Source: an uncultured archaeon (GTDB lineage: Archaea; Thermoplasmatota; Thermoplasmata; Thermoplasmatales; Thermoplasmataceae). Taken from it: a DNA stretch of 64,000 nt. The stretch covers positions 1,632,001 through 1,696,000 of the forward strand of contig CP009479.1 in the NCBI GenBank assembly GCA_000965745.1, written 5' to 3'. Within the stretch, counting starts at the first letter, position 1. Each line of letters begins with the position of its first letter. Position numbers and translations under genes: made by a program. Below are positions 49,309 to 58,661 of the stretch, piece after piece. Below the pieces are notes generated by a model. The model was not told the origin of the DNA. It searched no databases and saw nothing but the letters and a program-made list of their open reading frames with translations.

Positions 49309-50748
49309 ATGGTAGAGCGCAAGAGCATGGTGCTGGTCAGTGTTCTGCTCGGGACACTGATGTCGGCCATAGATGCAACAATAGTGATACTCGCAATTCC
49401 AACTATTACAGACGACCTGAGCACCTCGCTCTTTCTGTCAATATGGACTATTATCCTGTATCTCCTGGTTCTAGCAGTGCTTACAACACAACTTGGGAGC
49501 ATGAGTGATACATACGGAAGAAGAAAGCTATTCATTGTGGGCTTTGTGATTTTCACCATAGGTTCCGGGCTATCAGGCGCATCCCCGGACATACTGCTCC
49601 TGATAATCTTCAGAGGTCTTCAGGGGATTGGTGCAGCAATGATCCAGGCAAATGGTGGCGCAATTATCGCAGACACCTATGAAGCAAAGGAACGTGGAAG
49701 GGCTTTTGGCTTCATCTCTCTCGGCTGGAACATCGGCGGGGTCCTTGGAATCGTGCTAGGCGGCATAATCACCACATTCGTGGGCTGGCGCTTCATATTC
49801 TATATAAACATTCCCATTGGAATTCTCGGTGTTTATCTCGGCTGGAGATACATCAAACCAAGCGAGAGGCTCCCTTCGAAAATAGACCTAAGGGGGATGC
49901 TGTACCTGGCGGCCTCACTCTCGGCCATTTCCTACGGGGCAACAGACATCGCAGGGCAAGGAACCAGCCTGTTCAACATCTCACTCATTGTTGCAGGATT
50001 CCTGATTCTCGCCCCATTCATTCTTGCAGAAAGAAAAGTACCCAACCCTATTATAAACCTCAAGGCATTCAGCAACAGGATTCTCACATTCTCTCTCATT
50101 GCGGCCATGTCGCAGGCAATTGGATACATCTCCGTTGTCTTCATTCTGATTATGTATCTGCAGGGAATCCGTGGGTTGACGCCTTTTCAGGCAGGACTTC
50201 TTCTTGTCCCGGGCTATGTGATCGCAAGCTTCCTGTCACCCAGGATGGGGCACTACTCAGACATAGTGGGTCCGAGAATAATGGCCACATTGGGGATATT
50301 TCTAATGGCAGTGGGCGTGCTGTTTTATTTCTTCCTTGGCGTCAACACTACCTACTGGGTCGTAATTGCGGGGTCCTTAGTGTCTGGCATAGGGGCATCA
50401 ATGTTCTGGCCGGCAAACAATTCCTCTGTAATGTCCAGTGCGCCCATGGAGATATACGGCTCAATATCTGGGCTTCTTAGAACACTCTCAAACATAGGCA
50501 CTCTATTCAGTTTTGTAATGGCAATATCGGTGGCCTCTGCATCGGTTCCCAGGCAGGTTGCCTTTGAGGTTTTTGCGGGAACAAGCAATCTCGTTGGCGG
50601 CGTGACTACGAAGTTCCTCGGAGGGATACACTCAGCACTGCTCATATCAATACTGATTCTCGTGGTTGCAGGCATGCTCTCAATTCTCAGGGGAAGCAAG
50701 CAGATAAAAGAGGAAACAAAAAAAGGACCGAAAGTAACGAATAAATAA
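49309..50748 (+). CDS. DHA2 (EmrB/QacA) MFS efflux transporter
   Basis: MSAIDATIVILAIP, GSMSDTYGRR, RGLQGIGAA, GWRFIFYINIPIG; 14 TM segments. Confidence 0.93.
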   Translation: MVERKSMVLVSVLLGTLMSAIDATIVILAIPTITDDLSTSLFLSIWTIILYLLVLAVLTTQLGSMSDTYGRRKLFIVGFVIFTIGSGLSGASPDILLLIIFRGLQGIGAAMIQANGGAIIADTYEAKERGRAFGFISLGWNIGGVLGIVLGGIITTFVGWRFIFYINIPIGILGVYLGWRYIKPSERLPSKIDLRGMLYLAASLSAISYGATDIAGQGTSLFNISLIVAGFLILAPFILAERKVPNPIINLKAFSNRILTFSLIAAMSQAIGYISVVFILIMYLQGIRGLTPFQAGLLLVPGYVIASFLSPRMGHYSDIVGPRIMATLGIFLMAVGVLFYFFLGVNTTYWVVIAGSLVSGIGASMFWPANNSSVMSSAPMEIYGSISGLLRTLSNIGTLFSFVMAISVASASVPRQVAFEVFAGTSNLVGGVTTKFLGGIHSALLISILILVVAGMLSILRGSKQIKEETKKGPKVTNK

Positions 50749-50756
50749 GGTTTGAG

Positions 50757-52625
50757 TTACCAGTTCCTGAGCCTTTCCTCAAGTTTCTGATACTCTACCC
50801 ATAGAGTCTTTGGAAGCCTGTCTCCAAAAGATTCCAGGAAAGGCTTGACTTCTTCAAGTTCCTTCAGGAATCCTTTGCTGTCCACATGAACAAGCTTTTC
50901 CATGTCTGCTCTTGAGGTTTCCCCGTACTCGAAAGTGTCAAGATCCGGAACATACCCAATTGGAGTTTCAACTGCATCAGCTTTGCCTGAGACTCTGTCA
51001 ATTATCCATTTAATCACGTACATGTTTCTGGAAAAGCCCGGCCAGATGAAATCTCCGTTCTTATCTTTCCTGAACCAGTTAACGTTGAATATTGCCGGCG
51101 GGTTGCCTATTTCCTCTCCCATCTTTATGTGGTGGGCGAAGTAATCTGCCATGTTGTATCCAAGGAATGGCCTGATTGCCATCGGATCATTTCTCAAAAC
51201 TCCCACCTTGCCAATCGCAGCGGCTGTCGTCTCAACCCTTTGCATTGCACCTATGAGAACTCCGTGCTCCCACGAATATGCCTGATATACCAGGGGAATC
51301 AGGTCCTTTCTTCGTCCGCCGTACAGGATCGCTGAAACGGGAACCCCGGAGGTGTTGTTATACTCCTTTGAAAGTTTCGGGTATTGCTCTATTGGCGTGG
51401 TGAACCTTGAATTTGGATGTGCTGCTTTCCCTTCCCCATTGAACCTGTTTCCTTTCCAGTCATAGAGAACTTCCGGGGACCCATTCATCCCTTCCCAGTA
51501 TGGAAGCCCTTTGTCGTCCATTGCAACATTCGTGAAGATTGTGTTGGAATGAATTGCGGTCATCGCATTAGGGTTGGTTTTTTCGTTTGTTCCCGGGACA
51601 ACTCCAAAAAATCCATTCTCAGGGTTTATCGCATTGAACTTGTTTCCCTTCGGATTCATCCAGATGATATCATCGCTCACCAACTCGGTGCTCCAGCCCT
51701 CTTTCCTGAATGATTCCGGAGGCTCCAGCATAGACAGGTTGGTCTTGCCACTGGCGCTTGGAAACGCTCCTGATATGTAAGTTACCTTGCCGGCGGGATC
51801 CTTGACGCCGATGAGCATCATATGCTCGGAAAGCCACTTTTCCTTCCTTCCACGCACTGTTGATATTCTCAGGGCGTGGCATTTCTTGCTCAGAAGCGCG
51901 TTTCCGCCGTAGTTGGAATTAATGCTGATTATCAGCCCCTGGCCCTGGTTTTCGTCAGGGAAATGGCATATGTACCTGTTCCTGGAGTCAAGGTTCTTCA
52001 TGGAATGTATTCCAAGAACAAAGTCTCCCGATCTGGACATTTCCCTTATCGCGCTCTCTCCTCCACGTGTAATGATCATAAGGTTTGCTACTACATATGG
52101 GCTGTCCGTTATTTCTATGCCCCCCTGCGCATAGCTTGAGCCAATGGGTCCAAGCCAGTATGGTATGACATACATTGTCCTTGATCTCATTGAATCCTTG
52201 AGGAGGGAGTACAGTTTCTGCTTGGCCTCATCACTGTGCATCCAGTTGTTTGTGGGCCCGACATCCTCCTTGCTCCCGGAAGTGCAGATGTATGTGTCGC
52301 CTTCCGATCTTGCAACATCCTGTGGATTGCTCCTGTGAAGGTATGAATTTGGATACTCCTGTTGGTTGAGCTCAAGAAGAGTCCCATCATCTTTGAGCAT
52401 ATTGATGAGGTCTCTTTGTTCCACTTCGCTTCCATTCATTATGCGGATGGATGAAGGATTAGTAATTTCCGCTGCTTCAATAATAGCTGATTTCAATCTA
52501 TCGGCAAACTCTCCATTCAGGGATTCAGCAAGTTTCATCATGTCGTTGCTGTCTATCCGCTCGAGATTTTCCTTGGTCATCTGGTTGCTTAGGTCAGGCG
52601 CGTATTTTCGCTCGAAATCTAGCAT
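50757..52625 (-). CDS. pckG: Phosphoenolpyruvate carboxykinase (GTP)
   Basis: RSNPQDVARSE, YGGNALLSKKCHALR, EHM, AFPSASGKTNLSM, DDIIW, AHPNSRFT, YGGRR, VNWFRKD. Confidence 0.96.
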   Translation of the reverse strand: MLDFERKYAPDLSNQMTKENLERIDSNDMMKLAESLNGEFADRLKSAIIEAAEITNPSSIRIMNGSEVEQRDLINMLKDDGTLLELNQQEYPNSYLHRSNPQDVARSEGDTYICTSGSKEDVGPTNNWMHSDEAKQKLYSLLKDSMRSRTMYVIPYWLGPIGSSYAQGGIEITDSPYVVANLMIITRGGESAIREMSRSGDFVLGIHSMKNLDSRNRYICHFPDENQGQGLIISINSNYGGNALLSKKCHALRISTVRGRKEKWLSEHMMLIGVKDPAGKVTYISGAFPSASGKTNLSMLEPPESFRKEGWSTELVSDDIIWMNPKGNKFNAINPENGFFGVVPGTNEKTNPNAMTAIHSNTIFTNVAMDDKGLPYWEGMNGSPEVLYDWKGNRFNGEGKAAHPNSRFTTPIEQYPKLSKEYNNTSGVPVSAILYGGRRKDLIPLVYQAYSWEHGVLIGAMQRVETTAAAIGKVGVLRNDPMAIRPFLGYNMADYFAHHIKMGEEIGNPPAIFNVNWFRKDKNGDFIWPGFSRNMYVIKWIIDRVSGKADAVETPIGYVPDLDTFEYGETSRADMEKLVHVDSKGFLKELEEVKPFLESFGDRLPKTLWVEYQKLEERLRNW

Positions 52626-52743
52626 ATGCCTCTAAAATCCGCATTTTATTCTTAATAATTTGCACCGATCAGTTATGTAATGGCACGATTTTTCTCGTCT
52701 ATTGTCGATTTTTCTTAGATTAACCGGACAACTGCTGGCTATT

Positions 52744-53268
52744 CTATCTGACAAGGTACAGAAAATCGCCAGCCCAAGCCACAACAATCCCGATAATAAA
52801 CATCATTATTATCCAGAAGAAATAGTTCCCTTTAACAGATTTTCCTATGCCGAAGCCGAGCACTGCAAGTGATGCTTCCGCAGAAGCTATTGCAACGATC
52901 GGATCGGATGGAAGCATCACACTGGTAACGAGCGGTATCAGAGCACCCACAAAACCAAAGAACCCTGCAGAAGCTGCTCCTGCAACTGATTCAAATATGA
53001 TATCCCTTCCCAGCTTGCTCTTGATGAGGTATGTGGGCGACCTCAGGTTAAGCTGCCTTGAGGTCCTCGATAGCTCTCCTCTCAGCTCAGAATACTGGGC
53101 TATAAAATAACTGAATGTCCCCACAAAGGATGACCCGTATGCTACCCTGAAAGCAAGCCCCAGGTAGATGTGGTCCCCCCTCAGTATGTCCCCGGCAACC
53201 AGCATTAAAGCCGTGATGATGCCGTCGGACAATCCTATTGTTATTGGAAATATTAGCTTATACCTCAT
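52744..53268 (-). CDS. VIT1/CCC1-like membrane protein
   Basis: IGLSDGIITAL, GALIPL; five TM segments. Confidence 0.7.
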   Translation of the reverse strand: MRYKLIFPITIGLSDGIITALMLVAGDILRGDHIYLGLAFRVAYGSSFVGTFSYFIAQYSELRGELSRTSRQLNLRSPTYLIKSKLGRDIIFESVAGAASAGFFGFVGALIPLVTSVMLPSDPIVAIASAEASLAVLGFGIGKSVKGNYFFWIIMMFIIGIVVAWAGDFLYLVR

Positions 53269-53549
53269 TCTATGTGTCTAACACTCTCTGTTAGTCTTCT
53301 CCCTACTGCAATCTCATCAACAGAATGAATCGCAGCTCCAGTTCTTTCAATGGTCTCAATAAGTTTGTCAAATTCTATGTTCGTCCCCTCTACCGTGATG
53401 TTTGTCCCCATGGTCTCCATGTCCATCTCGGTAACACTGATATTCAGGGCTTCAACGCCAGGGACAGCCTCTATGGCTTCTGCTAATTCGATCAGGGTAG
53501 GTCTGTTAAGACTCTTATCAACATCAAGAACAACACGTCTAACATTCAT
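53265..53549 (-). CDS. DUF211-family protein
   Basis: VRRVVLDVDK...GVEALNI...GAAIHSVDEIAVG. Confidence 0.85.
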   Translation of the reverse strand: MNVRRVVLDVDKSLNRPTLIELAEAIEAVPGVEALNISVTEMDMETMGTNITVEGTNIEFDKLIETIERTGAAIHSVDEIAVGRRLTESVRHIE

Positions 53550-53822
53550 TTTACATCAGTTCAACAAATTCATTTCTTGCGGAGAATATGCTATCCGCTA
53601 CACTAATTCGCAAAAATCGTTTACCATCCGATACAGCGCTCATGTGCTGCATCCCTTCCGGCCACTTCTGGTCATGGAAAAAAGGAAACTCCTATTCTGT
53701 AATAGATTGTTATTCCCCAATTTTATCCTTTGTGAAAGATTATTTTTTTATGCTTAATAAACCTTGCTTCGAATTCAAGCGAAAGGTACTGGCAGTGGCA
53801 TCTGAAAGGTTCATGATGGCAG

Positions 53823-54839
53823 TTATATCCAGCCATATCTCCTGAACAGGAGAATCAGGGTTAAACCCAATCCTCCAAGTATTGCAACGAAAATATAGAA
53901 GCCAAAGCTCAGGTGGGTTAACGGAATATTTATGCCAGAAGTGAAATTTGTCCCGAAAACACTTGCCAGCAAGGAAAGGGGCAGGAATATGGTTGCAACG
54001 AGTGTCAAGAGCCTCAGGACCTCATTTGTTACTGCTGACATAAGGTTGAGATACAGGCTACGTATGTCGCTCGACCTGCTGATGTAGGAGTCCACCATCT
54101 CGATCAGCTGAAAAGTGTGGTCATAGATATCCCTGAAATTCTTCAGGTTACCTGTCTGCACAAAAGGTACTCCCCCTTTCATTATGTTACTCAGGATATC
54201 TCTTGTCGGCGTGATCGTATTTCTCAATTCAGATAGTTCAGCCCTTATGTCCGAAAATTTTGAACTGATCTCCCTGACGGTAACTATCCTGTTCTTTCTT
54301 CTGGCAATCGTGGAAACTGCACCTTCATCAAGGCGATCGAGCTCATCATCCCATGAATAGAGTATCGGGTAGAACGAATCAACGGAGTTGTCAAGCAGGA
54401 GATAATAGATCAGATCGGTAGATGGAGTCTTGGAAAACGGGCTCAAGCCACGGACCCTCACTCTCTTGTCCACTATATCTACAATATTTATCTTCTTTTT
54501 ATGTATTGAGATGAGCCACTTCTTGGAGTGGAACACGAACAGCTCCTCCATTTTCAGTGAAGCCCCATTTTCATCGATTTTCTCAGGTGTTTTGATGACA
54601 GAGAATGTATATTCTTCATAGTCCTCTATCTTTGGCCTCTGGTTTCCAGTAGTTACGTCCTCTATAGCATACGGGTCAAGCTTGAAAAACTTCTCGAAAT
54701 ATTCAAGCTCGTTCCCGGTTTCCATTGTAATGTCTATCCACAGAATCCTGTCCTTGCCAAGGGCAGACTCCATGTCGTCGAGAACGGACGGGTCCGCAGC
54801 AGTTGCAGTTGTGCCTTTGAGAATGATATAACTGATCAA
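53823..54839 (-). CDS. corA: CorA-family divalent cation transporter
   Basis: WIDI, AIEDV...QRPKIE, FRDIYDH, NEVLRLLTLVATIFLP, GTN in place of GMN. Confidence 0.9.
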   Translation of the reverse strand: MISYIILKGTTATAADPSVLDDMESALGKDRILWIDITMETGNELEYFEKFFKLDPYAIEDVTTGNQRPKIEDYEEYTFSVIKTPEKIDENGASLKMEELFVFHSKKWLISIHKKKINIVDIVDKRVRVRGLSPFSKTPSTDLIYYLLLDNSVDSFYPILYSWDDELDRLDEGAVSTIARRKNRIVTVREISSKFSDIRAELSELRNTITPTRDILSNIMKGGVPFVQTGNLKNFRDIYDHTFQLIEMVDSYISRSSDIRSLYLNLMSAVTNEVLRLLTLVATIFLPLSLLASVFGTNFTSGINIPLTHLSFGFYIFVAILGGLGLTLILLFRRYGWI

Positions 54840-54907
54840 TATCGAATCACCAGCTTATGAAATATAATATGATCACACAATAAAAATCTTTGAACTGTGA
54901 AATAAAA

Positions 54908-55654
54908 TTAAAGCTCAAACAAGGTTCCCCGTTTTATCTCTTCCCTGGCATCAAATTCCGGGAATTCGTCAAAATTGAGCAGGCTTGATGACACCACGCC
55001 CTTCCAGCTCTTGCATTCAATTCTGTACAGCTTGTCAAACTCCTCGTAGTTGCCTCCTCTTGAGCCTTTGTCAGTAAAATAGTATGATCTTGCCCCTTCC
55101 CTCTCCCCGGATCTCTTCATGATAATCAGGAAGATGTTGGACAGTGCATACTCAACTCCGTCCGTGTCAAGATTGGCAAACACATGTTCAAGCTCACTAC
55201 CAACATCTGATGTCTTCCCCGCAAGGTATTGCAGGAAAACCTCGCTGTCTGTCGTCGCCTCAAGATCTTCTCTGGATTCGCCTGTGTTCATCGAGTACTT
55301 GTCAAACCATCCGTTATGGGAAAGGAAAAGCTGGTACCCTCTGACAGAAACTGAAAAAGGATGATTACTTAACATTCCGCCTGGCTGGTCGTCTGAAGTT
55401 TTCCTCGAATGGAGCATCATGGTTCCCTGCTGGACTGCGGGAACTTCAGACACGTATATCGGCGAAGTGTTTCTTACATGGGAAATGCCAGCTTTACCTA
55501 TGTTAACATACCCCCACCCATCCCCATGGGTCAGGAATCTGTAATCACTTTCAGGATCCGGCAGAGGGTCTTTCAGGGAGGCTTTCTGCAAACTCTTGAA
55601 TATTCCTGCAAAATCTTCGGAGAATTCTCCCTTCAGTAGGGCCATCCTGCACAT
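54908..55654 (-). CDS. Class II glutamine amidotransferase (Ntn hydrolase, YafJ/EgtC-like)
   Basis: MCRM, HGDGWG, HSRKTS, NHPF, SHNG, TDSE. Confidence 0.85.
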   Translation of the reverse strand: MCRMALLKGEFSEDFAGIFKSLQKASLKDPLPDPESDYRFLTHGDGWGYVNIGKAGISHVRNTSPIYVSEVPAVQQGTMMLHSRKTSDDQPGGMLSNHPFSVSVRGYQLFLSHNGWFDKYSMNTGESREDLEATTDSEVFLQYLAGKTSDVGSELEHVFANLDTDGVEYALSNIFLIIMKRSGEREGARSYYFTDKGSRGGNYEEFDKLYRIECKSWKGVVSSSLLNFDEFPEFDAREEIKRGTLFEL

Positions 55655-55729
55655 GGGAAGTCTAATGGAAACTGAGGTTATAATCTGTTCTGAAGGAATA
55701 TTTATGCAAAGCTACAGATAACACATCTA

Positions 55730-56818
55730 ATGACAGGCAGTTTGAATTATTACAAGGTGAAAATGCCCCTGGTCGACCCATTTACCACAAGCTTCGGCAC
55801 TGAAACAGAAAAAGAGGCGTACATATTCGAGTTAAAGAAAGACGGCATTTCAGCGTTCTCAGAATCGGTTACCTCAATTGGCCCCTTCTACAGCTACGAG
55901 GACAACACAACAGCTTTCCACATCATAAAGTCATACCTGGCAGAATTGGTCCTCGATGCCCCACAACCCGCCGAGTTTATCGCGCGCTCCAGCAAGGTTA
56001 AGGGCCACAACATGGCAAAGGCAGCGCTCGAAATGCTGCTCTGGGATTACCATTCCAGGAAAAGTGGCAAACCACTTCACGAATACATTGGGAAATCAAA
56101 GGGTTATGCTGACGTTGGCATCTCCTTGGGAATCGACAGGAAGGAAGCGACACTGAAAAAAATACAGGCGGCATTGGACAGAGGCTACAAAAGAATAAAA
56201 GTCAAGATCTCAAAAGGGAAGGAAATGGACATTCTGACACCCATACGGGAAGTTTACCCTGATATAGCACTTAGTGTCGATGCAAACACAGATTACCGCC
56301 TCAGGGACCTTGAGATTCTGAAAAAACTGGACAGATTCAACCTCGTTTACATTGAGCAGCCGCTTGAACATGATGACATTCTTGATCATGCCAGGTTGAG
56401 AAAAGAAATCTCCACGCCCATATGCCTGGATGAGTCCATAACATCTGCAGAACGTGCGGAACAGGCTTTGGAGGTGGAGGCTTGCGAAGTGATAAACATC
56501 AAGCCTGGAAGGGTGGGCGGTTTCACTGAATCTTTGAAAATAGCAGAACTGGCAAGAGAACGGAAGGCTCATGTCTGGGTCGGAGGAATGCTTGAAACTG
56601 GTATCGGTAGGTCATATAACGTTGCCCTGGCAAGCCTTGAAGCTGTAGATTACCCGGGGGACACGTCTCCCAACGACAAGTATTTCGAAAGGGATTTAGT
56701 CAGGAACCCGTTCTCAATGGAAAATGGAACCATAAGGCCGAACAGCGGAACCGGGATCGGTGTTGATATTGACTTCGAGATGATCAACAAGGTCAAGATT
56801 GAGGCTGGAACTTTCTGA
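55730..56818 (+). CDS. menC: o-Succinylbenzoate synthase / N-acylamino acid racemase
   Basis: PFTTSFG, KRIKVKI, VDANT, IEQPL, CLDESI, NIKPGRVGG, WVGGMLETGIGR, PGDTS. Confidence 0.9.
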   Translation: MTGSLNYYKVKMPLVDPFTTSFGTETEKEAYIFELKKDGISAFSESVTSIGPFYSYEDNTTAFHIIKSYLAELVLDAPQPAEFIARSSKVKGHNMAKAALEMLLWDYHSRKSGKPLHEYIGKSKGYADVGISLGIDRKEATLKKIQAALDRGYKRIKVKISKGKEMDILTPIREVYPDIALSVDANTDYRLRDLEILKKLDRFNLVYIEQPLEHDDILDHARLRKEISTPICLDESITSAERAEQALEVEACEVINIKPGRVGGFTESLKIAELARERKAHVWVGGMLETGIGRSYNVALASLEAVDYPGDTSPNDKYFERDLVRNPFSMENGTIRPNSGTGIGVDIDFEMINKVKIEAGTF

Positions 56819-56933
56819 AACCCCCTATCAAATCAATTTTGGGGGTGCGCTTATTTCAAGTTATTTCTAACAAATACAATAACTTAATAATAGTAGATTA
56901 GGATCGCCATTCACGCCAAGAATACAGGCATTC

Positions 56934-58547
56934 ATGCAAAGGATTTACGGCACAGGGGGCGGCTTCATTTTGGTGGCAATTTTAATCGCCCTCGCGGTCA
57001 GGACTATTGTCATATCTAGTAGCCCTACATTTCTTCTTGGTGGTGATACACCAGGTTATGTTGCCTACACGAGGGAAATAATCCAGAATGGCTTCCTCGT
57101 TCCCGGCCTGAACACCCTTCATTTTCCCGGGAGTTTCTGGGTTTACCCGCCAATCCTCCCGTATTTCTGGAGCATTGTCTCGAACGCATTGGGCAACAAC
57201 CCCCTCACGCCGTTCTATGTAATAGAGATAAGCGGGATAGTCGCCGACTCTTTTGTCATAATTCCACTTTACAAGACCGCCAGAACAATATTTGGCAATG
57301 GGGTGGCAAAGGCTGCAGCCTTAATGTTCACAGTTTACCTTCCTGATCTATACGCCCTGACATGGGGCGGAGTTCCTCAGCTCTTTGCAACCCTGATTTT
57401 TGCTTGGGTCATTTACTTCACTGTCATGATTTCCAGGCAGGAGACCAGGTCAAGAAAGAACGCTGTTGCCCTGGGCATCACTCTTGTTATACTGACATTC
57501 ACGCACGATCTGACCATATTTGTGACAGTTTTTGTCCTAACTTTTGTCCTTGTTGCTTCTATACTCCTGAAAAAAGTTAAGGTTCCAGGGCTAAGACCGA
57601 ATGTTGCTCACCTAAACTCGATAGTAAAAAATATCCCATTGTCATTGCTGATAGGGCTTCCAGCCATACTTCTCTGGTATATCCCGAGATACTGGTGGAT
57701 CATCGATGCCGGAGCCCCTTACATTGATGCAAATCTCCCTGCAATATTTCCCCAAAACGTGGGGACACTCCAATTGATTTTCCAGGGCGTGAATGGCTAT
57801 CTTTCCCCTCTTGGCTTTGCCATATTCCTTATCCCGCTGGTTGCCTGGAGTTTATACGTTGCTGTCAGGAGGGATTTCGAGAAATCCGGGGTAATCCTGT
57901 TATTCGCATTGTCTCCTATTCTGATAAGCATAGTTGATTTTCATGACCCCACTATTGTGGCCAGGATGGGATATTACACCTTCCTTCCCTCACTTATTCT
58001 CGCAAGCTACGGAATTATAAGGCTCAAGGAAATGTACACCAGGGAGTCAAAGGCCGAACGCGGCTCATATTCCATAAAGCCTTCCGGAAATCAGAAAAGG
58101 GTCATCGCAGTAATGTTGCCCCTGATTCTGGTATCGGCGCTGGGCGTATCAGCCAATATGAATTCGCACACATTCTACAATTCATACGTCGACAGCAGCC
58201 CAAGCCAGGTGATTGATTACTCCACACTGAACTGGATACATTCTAATGTGCCAAAGAATTCAACATTCGCCTCCTTTGGCGAGTTTGGATACTACATAAT
58301 GGGTTATGACGGCAATCCGACGCTTGTGTACCAGAATCTGAAGTATCTTACACAACCCACGGAATGGAATGAAAGCGTGGCAGCCTACGCGCTGGTGTAC
58401 CAGCCAAGCCAGAATCTGACTCTGACCGAACATTTGATTACCAAGTATAATGTGTCCTATGTAACAAGTATTGTCAATGTTTCAGTTCCAGGGTTTTACA
58501 AGGAGATCTATACCGACAACAGCACAACAATCTATTACGTCAAGTAA
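56934..58547 (+). CDS. Multi-pass membrane protein, GT-C glycosyltransferase-like
   Basis: GGDTPGY in the first loop, YPP, LTWGG.PQL, THDLT; C-terminal extracellular domain with LNWI...KYNVSYV. Confidence 0.65.
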   Translation: MQRIYGTGGGFILVAILIALAVRTIVISSSPTFLLGGDTPGYVAYTREIIQNGFLVPGLNTLHFPGSFWVYPPILPYFWSIVSNALGNNPLTPFYVIEISGIVADSFVIIPLYKTARTIFGNGVAKAAALMFTVYLPDLYALTWGGVPQLFATLIFAWVIYFTVMISRQETRSRKNAVALGITLVILTFTHDLTIFVTVFVLTFVLVASILLKKVKVPGLRPNVAHLNSIVKNIPLSLLIGLPAILLWYIPRYWWIIDAGAPYIDANLPAIFPQNVGTLQLIFQGVNGYLSPLGFAIFLIPLVAWSLYVAVRRDFEKSGVILLFALSPILISIVDFHDPTIVARMGYYTFLPSLILASYGIIRLKEMYTRESKAERGSYSIKPSGNQKRVIAVMLPLILVSALGVSANMNSHTFYNSYVDSSPSQVIDYSTLNWIHSNVPKNSTFASFGEFGYYIMGYDGNPTLVYQNLKYLTQPTEWNESVAAYALVYQPSQNLTLTEHLITKYNVSYVTSIVNVSVPGFYKEIYTDNSTTIYYVK

Positions 58548-58661
58548 TCATTTCTCAAGCGGGCTAAATCTGTTCCGCTATGGTAGATGTATCTATGGCA
58601 ACGCTTTTAATGGGAAGGACGATCTGGTTTCATATTAAGAGAAGCGGTGGTGGAATAGGAT

